DNA of 64,000 nucleotides, taken from Saccharolobus solfataricus P2 (lineage in GTDB: Archaea > Thermoproteota > Thermoprotei_A > Sulfolobales > Sulfolobaceae). Below the pieces are notes generated by a model. It saw nothing but the letters and a program-made list of their open reading frames with translations. It ran no database searches and was not told the DNA's origin. The stretch lies in assembly GCF_000007005.1 (NCBI RefSeq), contig NC_002754.1, one strand, 5' to 3'. Shown one piece after another: positions 1 to 9,314 of the stretch (the stretch's first letter is position 1; the number at the start of each line of letters is the position of its first letter). The translations under genes were made by a program, and so were the position numbers.

Positions 1-1
1 A

Positions 2-148
2 CATATGTGTTCATATGTCAGGGGAGTAAAGGATAAAGAGGCTAAGTTAGTTTCAGTAGCTTACAGAGGACTGTTTAAGACTAATAGGGCTTTACAAAAT
101 CATGTATTTAGGCTACTCGATAATGCAAATAAGGTAAACTTATTATAG
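2..148 (+). CDS. folE: GTP cyclohydrolase I, C-terminal end (5'-truncated by window edge)
   Basis: Own translation from nt 2: [28 protein letters not shown]..., TAG at 146-148. Matches the FolE C-terminal HxCxxxRGV...RGxF motif. Not in the ORF track. Confidence 0.85.
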
Positions 149-167
149 AGTTTTTTAGAATAATTAA

Positions 168-1073
168 TTGTTAATGGGCAGTAAAGATAAAGTTATATCT
201 ATATTGAAGGAAAAAGGTCCTATATCCCAAACTGAATTAAGTAAACTTTCTGGATTATCGAAGAGCAGATTATCTGAAGTCTTATCCGAACTTGAGAAAC
301 AAGGTATAGTAAAAAGGAGGAAGGTTTTAGGAAAAAACCTTGAGGTAAGTTTATCTCAAGATAGATTTTTGAGATTGGGAATTATAAGAGCTGCAGAATA
401 TCCATTTATAATTCCATTTATTAAAAACTTGGAAAATAGAGGATATAGCGTTACTGTTAAAATTTATGAAAATGGAATTGATCTAACTAGGGATTTAGTT
501 GAAGCAAAGTTAGATTTAGGCCTATCCCCGATCATAACGCAAATAATATTTTCGACGATATATCGGAATATAAGAATTATTGGGGGAGGCGCTAAAGGGG
601 GAGGTGGTATTATAGGCAAAACTTGTAACAGAATTGCATCAACTGTAATGTCAAGTATGGAAATATGGGCGTTTAGTGAATTCAAGAATATTGAAATCAT
701 TCCATCTTATAGTTCATATGAAATGTTAGACTTTCTTGAAAAAGGGATAGTAGATGGTATAGCAATTTGGGAACCTTTTTTGTCAATTTTAGAGAGGAAG
801 GGACATAAGGTACATAGATTTACACCATTACACTGTTGTACTTTAGCAGTAAGGGAAACTATGGATTGGGAGAGAATAAAGAATATTTATGAAGAATCGT
901 TTAGCTGGTTTAAATCTTCCATAGATAGATGGGTTTCAAGTTATTCAAACTTACTTAATATTGATTATAATATTCTAAAAGAAGCATCAAAAAATTATGA
1001 ATTCGATTATTACCTCGACCTTAAGGAGTTCAAAAACTCATTAAAAAATACTGGTATTTTTATACCAATTTAG
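168..1073 (+). CDS. Winged-HTH transcriptional regulator fused to an SsuA/NrtA/NMT1-like substrate-binding domain
   Basis: N-terminal HTH ([30 protein letters not shown]). C-terminal PBP2-like motifs DGIAIWEPF and HCCTLAVR. No signal peptide. Confidence 0.75.
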
Positions 1074-2485
1074 GAATCTAAATAATAGTATAACTCCATT
1101 GGGTGTGGATAACCTTGCAAGCTTCTTGCCTCATCTCTCTTTAAATCTATGTAAGTATCTAATATTGACGAATTAAATACTGGCTTCAAGAACTCTTTAT
1201 CACTTTCTAACTCATCTAAAGCTTCATTTAATGATCTAGGTAGTTCTTTTATTCCCAATTGTCTTCTCTTCTCTGGAGTTAGATGGTATATATTCTCATC
1301 CACTGGATCTCCTGGATCTATTTTCTTATTTACACCATCTAATGCAGCCATTAGTAAAGCAGCAAATGCTAGATACGGATTAGTGGATGGATCTGGAGGT
1401 CTATACTCTATTCTTTTTGCCTTTTCCATTCCTCTATAGTATGCTGGCACTCTAATTACGGCACTTCTGTTTCCCTTACTCCACGCAATGTAAACTGGAG
1501 CTTCAAACCCTGGTATTAACCTTCTATAACTGTTTACAGTAGGTGAGACTATTGCAGATAAAGCCCTAGCGTGTGTTAAAAGACCTCCTATTACATATCT
1601 TCCAAATTGGCTTATCTCTGCATATTCGTCATTAGGATCATACATTAAATTCTTCTTTCCATCTTTAGTCCATAAACTGAGGTGCGTGTGCATACCAGTT
1701 CCATTATCACCATAAATAGGTTTTGGCATGAAAGTTACTACTAATCCGTGTTTAGCGGCAATATTTTTAGCTACATACTTCAAAGTTTGGACCTTGTCTG
1801 CAGTATCTACAAGAGTAGAGAATCTGAAATCTATTTCCCCTTGACCTGCAGTTGCAACTTCATGATGTGTAGCCTCTATGGTGTATCCAAAGTACTTAAC
1901 TAAAGTATCGACTATCTCTACTCTTACATCCATTAGCTGATCAACTGGTGGTGCAGGGTAATATCCCTCTTTAAATCTTATTACAAAGGTTCCACTATCG
2001 CTCCACGGAGCCTCCCTTGCATAAATTTTGTACCCAGTTCCAGACTGTGGGGCACTTACGTCTAATTTTACCTTATCAAACATGAAGAATTCCAATTCTG
2101 GACCATAGTAGGAAGTGTAGCCTTGTTCTGTCTGGTATTTCTCGGCTTCCTCGGCTATGAATCTAGGATCTCTTTCAAATCTTCCCTTTCCCCCTCCCCA
2201 AAAAACTTTGCATAAGACTCTAGCTACTCCTGGAGACCAAGGAATTAGTGTCATAGTCTCTGGTACTGGTAAGAGTACCATATCACTTTCATAAATGCTC
2301 GTAAATCCTCTTATACTGCTTCCGTCTAATTTTCCGAAACCCGTCTTTAAGGATTCTAAATCAAACTCGTCAGCAGGTATTGTAATATGATGCAGCCTAC
2401 CGGGAACATCTGTGAATTGTAGATCTACCCATTTTATGTTATTTTCCTTTAGGAATTTGAGTACATCTTCTGCTGTACTTGGCAT
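1070..2485 (-). CDS. glnA: Glutamine synthetase type I
   Basis: [45 protein letters not shown] motifs; 471 aa. Confidence 0.98.
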
Positions 2486-2542
2486 GTATGTGGCTATTCA
2501 TATATAGTTTAAAAAGATTGCTAGATATTATCATAGAAAGTT

Positions 2543-2570
2543 TTCACATTCTTATGTGGAATTTCACATG
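2543..2570. promoter_or_regulatory. Candidate operator (CACAT/ATGTG/CACAT half-sites) upstream of the glnA TATA box
   Basis: TTCACAT-TCTT-ATGTGGAATTTCACAT. Putative minus-strand TATA (TTTAAA) at 2508-2513, about 25 nt before the glnA ATG. Confidence 0.35.
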
Positions 2571-2607
2571 AGATTTCTCAAAATCTTTCAATTATCTTAT
2601 AAACCTT

Positions 2608-3216
2608 TTAGAAAACTTTATGTAGAGAGCCATTATTCATCACGTAATGGTGATCAGAAAATTTAGCATCTTCAGTATCTTGAGTAACGTAAATTAGATC
2701 TATTTGATTCTTTTTACATAGATCGGTATAGATATTAATAAAATATTCCTTTTCTGAGATATTACTGAACCCCTCATCAACTAAAATTAGGTTAGGTTTT
2801 GTTAAAATAGCTGTGGCTAATGATACTTTCTCCCTATTTCCTAAACTTAAATTACCTACTTTTTTGTTCTCATTCGGAACTCCGAGTAATTTAGCCACCT
2901 CCATTACTTCTTTATCATTTACTTTTCTTCCTCTTAGTTTAGCTCCCCATGTTAGATGTTTCTTTAAGTCTAATGTGGGAATGTAACTATCTGGAGTTAC
3001 TAATATAACATTTCTCTTGTTTATAGGTAAATTTGTGATATCTATGTCATTTAATCTAATGTACCCTTCATCTGGTTTTAAAATTCCGGCAATAACGTTT
3101 AATAATGTACTTTTCCCACTACCATTTTTACCGGTAATTGCAATTATACCTTTTTCAGAAAAATTAACATTTAGCAAAAAAGCTTGTAATTTCTTTTTTA
3201 CATATACCTCAATCAT
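2608..3216 (-). CDS. Orphan ABC-type ATP-binding protein with degenerate motifs
   Basis: Walker A GKNGSGKST; signature LSLGN; Walker B ILVDE; H-loop YVTQD. No permease adjacent. Confidence 0.85.
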   Translation of the reverse strand: MIEVYVKKKLQAFLLNVNFSEKGIIAITGKNGSGKSTLLNVIAGILKPDEGYIRLNDIDITNLPINKRNVILVTPDSYIPTLDLKKHLTWGAKLRGRKVNDKEVMEVAKLLGVPNENKKVGNLSLGNREKVSLATAILTKPNLILVDEGFSNISEKEYFINIYTDLCKKNQIDLIYVTQDTEDAKFSDHHYVMNNGSLHKVF

Positions 3217-3614
3217 TTCAAGTATTTATTTACAGTACTCTCTAAAGTATCTTCATCAACAGCTCCAACTAAGGAATCAACCAACTGACCATTGACGAAA
3301 ATTAATGTAGTAGGTATATTAAGTACGCTATACTTATCCGCAATTTTTTGATTTTCATCAACGTTTAGTCTTCCAAAAACTGCTTTACCTTTATATTTCT
3401 CAGCAACTTTTTTATAAATTGGTTCATAGAGGTGGCATGGAGCACACCATTCAGCCCAACAATCAACTAGAACTAACTTATTATTTCTAATTACCTCATC
3501 GAAGTTCTCTTCAGTTAAGACTAATGTAACATCCTCCTTCTTTTTACCATATTCCTCAGCCTTCTTTTGTAATCTTTCAGCAACCTCCTTAATTAATGAG
3601 TCAATTTCGCTCAA
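3213..3614 (-). CDS. trxA: Thioredoxin with N-terminal helical extension
   Basis: WAEWCAPC active site; FGRLNVDEN; IPT cis-Pro motif. Confidence 0.95.
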   Translation of the reverse strand: MSEIDSLIKEVAERLQKKAEEYGKKKEDVTLVLTEENFDEVIRNNKLVLVDCWAEWCAPCHLYEPIYKKVAEKYKGKAVFGRLNVDENQKIADKYSVLNIPTTLIFVNGQLVDSLVGAVDEDTLESTVNKYLK

Positions 3615-4965
3615 TCCTATCTACCACATAAACTTTCTTCAATCTCTTATAAAAAGCTACCCTAGAATTTACATAATTAAGTAATTCATCCTCAATTCCG
3701 GCTTTGTGCTCCTTTACCTTAACTAAGGCAACGGGTTGCTGTCCTAGATTTCCAGCATCTTCCCCTATAACTTTTACGTCTTCAACCATTGGATGAGTCT
3801 TTAAGATCTCTTCTAAATCTCTTGGAAATATCGGGTAGCCCTTAAATTTCAACATCCTCTTTTTGACTCCTCTAAAATACAATAAGCCCTTTTCATCAAT
3901 CTTAACTAAATCACCTGTTCTTAGCCACCCCTCATTAAATACTCTGGCCGTCTCCTCTCTATCTTTATATCCTAGCATGAGCCAAGGAGCCTTAACCCAC
4001 AATTCTCCCTCATTATTCTCATTGCCCTTATCATCTACTATCTTTATCTCAACGCCAGGCAAAGGTTTTCCTATCGAAATTACTCCAGATAGCTCTTTGG
4101 GTTGGAAAGTTAGAATTAAACCCTCAGTAAAGCCGTATTGTTGAACAATATCCTTTCCGTATTTACTCTTAAATGTATTTACGGTCGATGGATACAGTGG
4201 TGCAGCAGAACTTACACACAGTTCTAAACTATCTACTTTCCTTTTTTCCTCGTTATTTAAGTAATCGTAAACAGTTGGGACAGTTGATAGATAATTTATG
4301 TTATATTTGTTTATACTTTCAATAGCCTCATCGACGTTAAACTTACTCATAATATATAACTTGCCACCAGCTTCCAAGGTAATACCTAACACGCTATTTC
4401 CTAAGACGTGAGCTAAAGGAACTGTTAGTATTCCCCTAATCTCTTTAAGGCCAATAGAATTGTAGAGCGTCGCAGAATTGAGTTCAACTCTGTTAGCGCT
4501 ATGCAGTACTTGCATTGTCCTTCCTACTATTCCAGCATAATAGTAAACTAAGCCGACCTCATCCTCTCTGTACTCATAAGGTTTTGTAAAAACGTCTTTT
4601 CCTCTCTTATTCACTATCACCTGGTACGATTTGAGAATATCGTACTCTCTCTTGTATATCTCCTCGTCGGTTACTATTAGGTCAGGGTTTGAATCCTCCA
4701 ATATGAACTTTAAATCTTCTGCTGAAGTTTGCGGGTCAACTGCAACTGCCTTACCGCCTGCCCAAAATATTGCTAAGTAATTAATCACTGACTGCAGAGA
4801 GTTTAACATTATATGGACTACAGTATCTCCAGGTGAGATGTTGGAAGCTACATATACTACTTCTCTCGTAACTTGTTCATAGGTAAGTGACTGATTTTTG
4901 TCAATTAAAAAGGTTTTTGAAGGCGTTTCTTTAAACCATTTATAGAGTAATGTTGCAAGACTCAC
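3601..4965 (-). CDS. AMP-binding (acyl-CoA synthetase-like) protein with degenerate catalytic motifs
   Basis: YGFTE and RTGDL are present. P-loop reads YYYAGIVGRTMQV, and the protein ends before the C-terminal catalytic Lys motif. Confidence 0.85.
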   Translation of the reverse strand: MSLATLLYKWFKETPSKTFLIDKNQSLTYEQVTREVVYVASNISPGDTVVHIMLNSLQSVINYLAIFWAGGKAVAVDPQTSAEDLKFILEDSNPDLIVTDEEIYKREYDILKSYQVIVNKRGKDVFTKPYEYREDEVGLVYYYAGIVGRTMQVLHSANRVELNSATLYNSIGLKEIRGILTVPLAHVLGNSVLGITLEAGGKLYIMSKFNVDEAIESINKYNINYLSTVPTVYDYLNNEEKRKVDSLELCVSSAAPLYPSTVNTFKSKYGKDIVQQYGFTEGLILTFQPKELSGVISIGKPLPGVEIKIVDDKGNENNEGELWVKAPWLMLGYKDREETARVFNEGWLRTGDLVKIDEKGLLYFRGVKKRMLKFKGYPIFPRDLEEILKTHPMVEDVKVIGEDAGNLGQQPVALVKVKEHKAGIEDELLNYVNSRVAFYKRLKKVYVVDRIERN

Positions 4966-5001
4966 AGTTTCCTTTTTTATTACACAATCTTATTAATTCT
5001 T

Positions 5002-5880
5002 ATGATAAAGATCGTCGGATTATCACGAATTCATATTACCTTGTTTGATCTTGAGGGAAAATATGGTAGACTCGACGGTGGGGCAGGAGTTGCCTTGAAA
5101 TACCCTAGGATAGTAGTTAGGAGTGGCAATTGTTTTAAGCCTGAAGTCTCCTTGCCTTTTGATGTCCCTAAAATATGTATAGAGGAAGACTTTGAACAAC
5201 ATATAGGACTTGGTCACACTACACAATATTTGTTATCAGTGGCTAAGCTAGCTGCTGAATATAATTTTAAGAGGCTTAACTCATATGAACTAGCCAAATT
5301 GGTAAAAAGAGGTGGGACATCCGGTGTCGGTGTTTACGCCTTCGAGTATGGAGGTTTTATAGTAGATGGAGGCCATTCCACTAAAGTAAAAAGGGAATTA
5401 TTACCATCGGATTTCTCTTCTGCTCCTCCTCCCCCACTAATAGCTAGACTAAATTTTCCTTGGTATATTTACGTTAATGTGGTTAGGGGCGGTAGAAGAG
5501 TATTCGGAAAAGATGAGATTAACGCATTTAAACAAGCTAAGCTAGAGGGATTAGATACTTTGGCGAGAGTAGTTTTAATGGAGTTAATTCCATCAGTTGC
5601 AGAAAGAGATTTGGAAGGAGCGTTAAATGCTATCTCGTTAATACAGGATCTAGGATTTAAGAAAGTTGAGGTCTTTTTGCAAACTGATGAGGTCAAAAAA
5701 CTTATGAATGATATGGTTAAAGCTGGGTTTCCCGCTGGTCTTTCCTCCTTCGGTCCAGCCGTCTATACATTCGTTAGCTCTAAAAGGGAGGGTGATGAGT
5801 TAATTTCAAGATTTGGTGGATTTGTATCTGAACCAAATAATGAGGGTGCTAAGGTATTCTGGAGTACGATGAGTTCGTAA
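5002..5880 (+). CDS. beta-ribofuranosylaminobenzene 5'-phosphate (RFAP) synthase, GHMP superfamily
   Basis: SRIHITLFDL.G..GRLDGG.G; HIGLGHTTQ; RGGTSGVG...F..GGFIVDGGH; GLSSFGP. Confidence 0.9.
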   Translation: MIKIVGLSRIHITLFDLEGKYGRLDGGAGVALKYPRIVVRSGNCFKPEVSLPFDVPKICIEEDFEQHIGLGHTTQYLLSVAKLAAEYNFKRLNSYELAKLVKRGGTSGVGVYAFEYGGFIVDGGHSTKVKRELLPSDFSSAPPPPLIARLNFPWYIYVNVVRGGRRVFGKDEINAFKQAKLEGLDTLARVVLMELIPSVAERDLEGALNAISLIQDLGFKKVEVFLQTDEVKKLMNDMVKAGFPAGLSSFGPAVYTFVSSKREGDELISRFGGFVSEPNNEGAKVFWSTMSS

Positions 5881-6908
5881 TTAGTGATTTAAGAGAGGTT
5901 TATGGTGAATATTTAAACGACTTCTTGAATGCCATAAGGAAGCCAAATCCTAGATTATACATTAGGGTTAATACTCTAAAGACCTCTGTAGAGAAAATAC
6001 TGGAAAGGCTTCCACATTTTAAGCCGGACGAAGATTTCAAAGAGGCAATTTACGTTGAGATAAAAGGGCCAAATGAAATTAACATTCATGAAAATAAGGT
6101 AATTGTAGATAAGAAAACTGCGGAAAGCGCTATGTTAGGTGCTAATGTTTACAAACCGGGTTTAAAGAGTGTTGTAATTAATAATGCAAAAGATAAAAGG
6201 GTTACAGTTTATAGCGATAATGGAATACCAGTAGCTGAGGGTAAATATTATGGCATGAATACTAATTTAGTAGTTGAGGTTACGAATTCCTTATACACCT
6301 CCCCTAAATTAGCTGATCTGCCAGAGTTGAAGAATGGATTAATATATGTTCAAGGTAAGGCATCAATGTATGTTGCTCATTTACTTGATCCACATCCTAA
6401 TGAGAAAATAGTAGATATGACTGCATATGCTGGTGGGAAATTAACTCATATTTATCAGTTAGAGCCTAGAGTTAAGCTTATTGGTTTTGATCATACTGAA
6501 AAGAAGGTAGAGAAATTAAGGGATTTAGCAAATAAAATGGGAATGAGAATAGAAATATATAAGGCGGATTCAAGGTATCTTTACGAGGATTATAAAATAG
6601 GTGATGTTGATAAAGTGGTAATTGATCCTCCATGTTCAGCGTTGGGGATAAGGCCTAAATTATACGACCATAAAACTAAACAAGATATACTCAATTTCCA
6701 TAAATACCAGAAGCAATTCCTAAATTCCGCTTATAAGATTTTAAAGAAAAATGGTGTGGTAATTTATTCTACTTGTACTGTAACTACATGGGAGAACGAG
6801 AAGGTTATAAATGATCCAAGATTTTCGGTAGAATATGAGATTAGATTTCATCCCCATATTCACGAAATTACCGGTTTTTTCATAGCTAAGCTAATAAAGA
6901 AAGGCTAA
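5859..6908 (+). CDS. RsmB/NOP2/NSUN6-type RNA m5C methyltransferase with PUA-like insert; start probably upstream of the track's 5925
   Basis: YIRVNTLK, motif I DMTAYAGGK, IDPPCS, YSTCT. The frame is open back to a TAA at 5850-5852 and has only ATT/CTG as upstream start candidates. Confidence 0.85.
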   Translation: MEYDEFVISDLREVYGEYLNDFLNAIRKPNPRLYIRVNTLKTSVEKILERLPHFKPDEDFKEAIYVEIKGPNEINIHENKVIVDKKTAESAMLGANVYKPGLKSVVINNAKDKRVTVYSDNGIPVAEGKYYGMNTNLVVEVTNSLYTSPKLADLPELKNGLIYVQGKASMYVAHLLDPHPNEKIVDMTAYAGGKLTHIYQLEPRVKLIGFDHTEKKVEKLRDLANKMGMRIEIYKADSRYLYEDYKIGDVDKVVIDPPCSALGIRPKLYDHKTKQDILNFHKYQKQFLNSAYKILKKNGVVIYSTCTVTTWENEKVINDPRFSVEYEIRFHPHIHEITGFFIAKLIKKG

Positions 6909-6919
6909 AAATTCTATAT

Positions 6920-7429
6920 ATGCCAATAGAAGAGTATTTAGGTAAAACCCCAAAGGTTTCTCAGAAGGCGTACATACATCCTACTTCTTACATTATAGGT
7001 GATGTGGAAATAGGGGATCTGACGAGTATATGGCATTATGTTGTGATTAGGGGAGATAATGACAGTATAAGAATTGGCAAGGAATCTAATGTGCAAGAGA
7101 ATACTACAATCCACACAGATTACGGATACCCAGTTGAAATTGGCGATAAAGTCACAATTGGTCATAATGCTGTTATTCATGGTGCCAAAGTCTCATCTCA
7201 CGTTATTGTAGGAATGGGGGCAATATTATTAAATGGATCTCAAGTTAAGGAATACTCAATTATTGGAGCTGGGTCTGTAGTTACTCAAGGCACTGTTATC
7301 CCTCCCTATAGTGTAGCAGTTGGAGTTCCCGCTAAAGTTATCAAAAAGTTAAGAGAAGATGAGATTTTGATAATAGATGAGAACGCTGAAGAATATTTAA
7401 AGCATACGAGGAGGTTATTGAAATTATGA
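6920..7429 (+). CDS. Gamma-carbonic anhydrase family (left-handed beta-helix) protein
   Basis: Hexapeptide repeats; RGDND.I.IG..SNVQE; Zn-ligand His in IHTD and GHNAVIHG. Confidence 0.9.
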   Translation: MPIEEYLGKTPKVSQKAYIHPTSYIIGDVEIGDLTSIWHYVVIRGDNDSIRIGKESNVQENTTIHTDYGYPVEIGDKVTIGHNAVIHGAKVSSHVIVGMGAILLNGSQVKEYSIIGAGSVVTQGTVIPPYSVAVGVPAKVIKKLREDEILIIDENAEEYLKHTRRLLKL

Positions 7430-8394
7430 ATAAGGATTTGAAAGCTATAAAATGGTTTATTACAACGCAAATTCTTAAAGATCCTTTTAATCCCGCATAT
7501 GCAACGTTTAAGGTAACATCTAGATGCAACTTGAGATGTACATTCTGTTCTCCATCGTATTATTCTGGTGAATTAGGAGAGGGAAGTACGGAAAGGGTGA
7601 AAAAGATAATAGACAATTTGAGGGATTCGTCAATAGTTGTCTTATCGTTTGAAGGTGGAGAACCAACTTATAGGCCAGATATTTTAGATCTTTTAGAGTA
7701 CGCACACGATGGGTCCTTTTATATTATGCTTACAACTAATGGTTATAGGCTTAAGGATGAAGATTTCCTAACTAAACTGGCAGACAAGATAGACTTCTTG
7801 CACTATTCTATAGACGAATATCATTGGAATGTGAAGGAATTAGAGAATTTATGTAGGTTCAGGAAATATGGCCTTAAGGTTAACGTTCAAACCGTAGTTA
7901 CCAGATATAATTTATATAAATTGGAGGAAAAAGTTAGGAAGGTTGCTGAATGTGGATACAAGATACTAGCGATGCCTGCAGTAGATTATCCCAATTCAAA
8001 GGTAAAGTTAGCTCCAGATCCTTACGAATTTTATAAAGTACTGTATGATCTGAAGCGAAAATATGGTTCTACATTAAATAACTCATGGGGATTCATAAAC
8101 GCCATAATAGGTAAAGTCCCTAAAAGGGTAGTAAGTTATGCAATAACCATATATCCTAATGGCGACTTGCCTTATCCAGACGATATAAATGGAGAAATAG
8201 TTGGAAACGTAGCTGAAGAACCCCTAAATAAAATTTTACAATCTAGTAAAGTGAAGGAATTACAGCAGAAAATGCTAGAAAATCAAGCTAAATTTGAATA
8301 CTTACATTTGCAAACTGCTTCGTTCAATAATATTAGAGATCTAGCATCATATGTTAGTGAAATGTTAAGGTGGCGTTTTACTGGAAGAGCTTGA
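7426..8394 (+). CDS. Radical SAM protein, function unknown
   Basis: CNLRCTFC (CxxxCxxC), FEGGEP, TTNG. C-terminal region lacks auxiliary-cluster cysteines. Confidence 0.9.
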   Translation: MNKDLKAIKWFITTQILKDPFNPAYATFKVTSRCNLRCTFCSPSYYSGELGEGSTERVKKIIDNLRDSSIVVLSFEGGEPTYRPDILDLLEYAHDGSFYIMLTTNGYRLKDEDFLTKLADKIDFLHYSIDEYHWNVKELENLCRFRKYGLKVNVQTVVTRYNLYKLEEKVRKVAECGYKILAMPAVDYPNSKVKLAPDPYEFYKVLYDLKRKYGSTLNNSWGFINAIIGKVPKRVVSYAITIYPNGDLPYPDDINGEIVGNVAEEPLNKILQSSKVKELQQKMLENQAKFEYLHLQTASFNNIRDLASYVSEMLRWRFTGRA

Positions 8395-9240
8395 CATTGC
8401 CTTAAGGTATTCATTCCTTAAATCGTCTAGGACTAAATGTGTGTAGATTTGAGTTGTTTTTATATCCTTATGTCCTAGTAATTTCTGTAATGTAATTACA
8501 TTAATTCCTCTTTTTAGTGATAAGGTAGCGAAAGTGTGTCTCAAAATATGTGGTCTTAAATCAATTCCAACTTTCTTACCTAATCTCTTTAATTTTCTAT
8601 ATAAAGTATCATATTTTAAATCGAATAATTTGTCCTCAGCTTTCTTTCCCTTTATGTACTTTCTCAACAGCAGTTTAGTCTCATCAGTAAAGAAAACTAT
8701 TCTTTCCTCTCCATTCTTAGTATTCCTAACTCTAATCATGTTATTTTCCAAATCTATATCCTTTACTAATACCGATAACAATTCATTTGCACGTAACCCA
8801 GTATCTAATAGTAACCTTATTATTAATTTATCCTTAGTCCTCTTACATGCGTTAAGTACTTTCTGGATCTGAATCTCGTCCAGAGCCTTAACTTCTTTTC
8901 TCCTTACTTTAGGAATAGGTGGCCTTACAGAAACGTTAATCCATTTAAGGAATCTTCTCACTGCAATTATATAATATCTAATGGTAACACTCTTGGCTCT
9001 CTTCTTTTCTACTTCGTCTCCTTTAACCTTACCCTCTCTATTTAACAGACTAGAAATCCATCTGTTTAGATCTTCACTAGTAACCTTTCTAGGATCTTTG
9101 TTTATAAAGTCTAGAAAGTCCCTTACTGCGGTAGAGTAAAGCTTTATAGTTCCATTTCCAGCTCCTGCGATAATTAATGCGTTTATGAAAGCGTTATAAA
9201 GATCTCCGGATTCTGGTGGAGAGCCTAGATCAAGCTTCAC
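8365..9240 (-). CDS. xerA: Chromosomal tyrosine recombinase XerA
   Basis: TGLRANEL, KNGEER, HILRHTFAT, LLGHKDIKTTQIYTH (R-K-H-R-H-Y set). No flanking att sites seen. Confidence 0.92.
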   Translation of the reverse strand: MKLDLGSPPESGDLYNAFINALIIAGAGNGTIKLYSTAVRDFLDFINKDPRKVTSEDLNRWISSLLNREGKVKGDEVEKKRAKSVTIRYYIIAVRRFLKWINVSVRPPIPKVRRKEVKALDEIQIQKVLNACKRTKDKLIIRLLLDTGLRANELLSVLVKDIDLENNMIRVRNTKNGEERIVFFTDETKLLLRKYIKGKKAEDKLFDLKYDTLYRKLKRLGKKVGIDLRPHILRHTFATLSLKRGINVITLQKLLGHKDIKTTQIYTHLVLDDLRNEYLKAMSSSSSKTPP

Positions 9241-9314
9241 ATATTATATGTAGTAGGATTAAGTCTCAAAAGGATAAACTCTTAATAATTAGGGTATTAC
9301 TTACTTAGCTTATT

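Noticed and set aside
1-18. ACATATGT/CATATG palindromes at the window start
   Set aside because: They lie inside the folE coding sequence (HMCSY codons).
8365-9240. Tyrosine recombinase as the integrase of a mobile element
   Set aside because: XerA-like sequence among housekeeping genes, with no att repeats or cargo. No dif-like site could be identified nearby.
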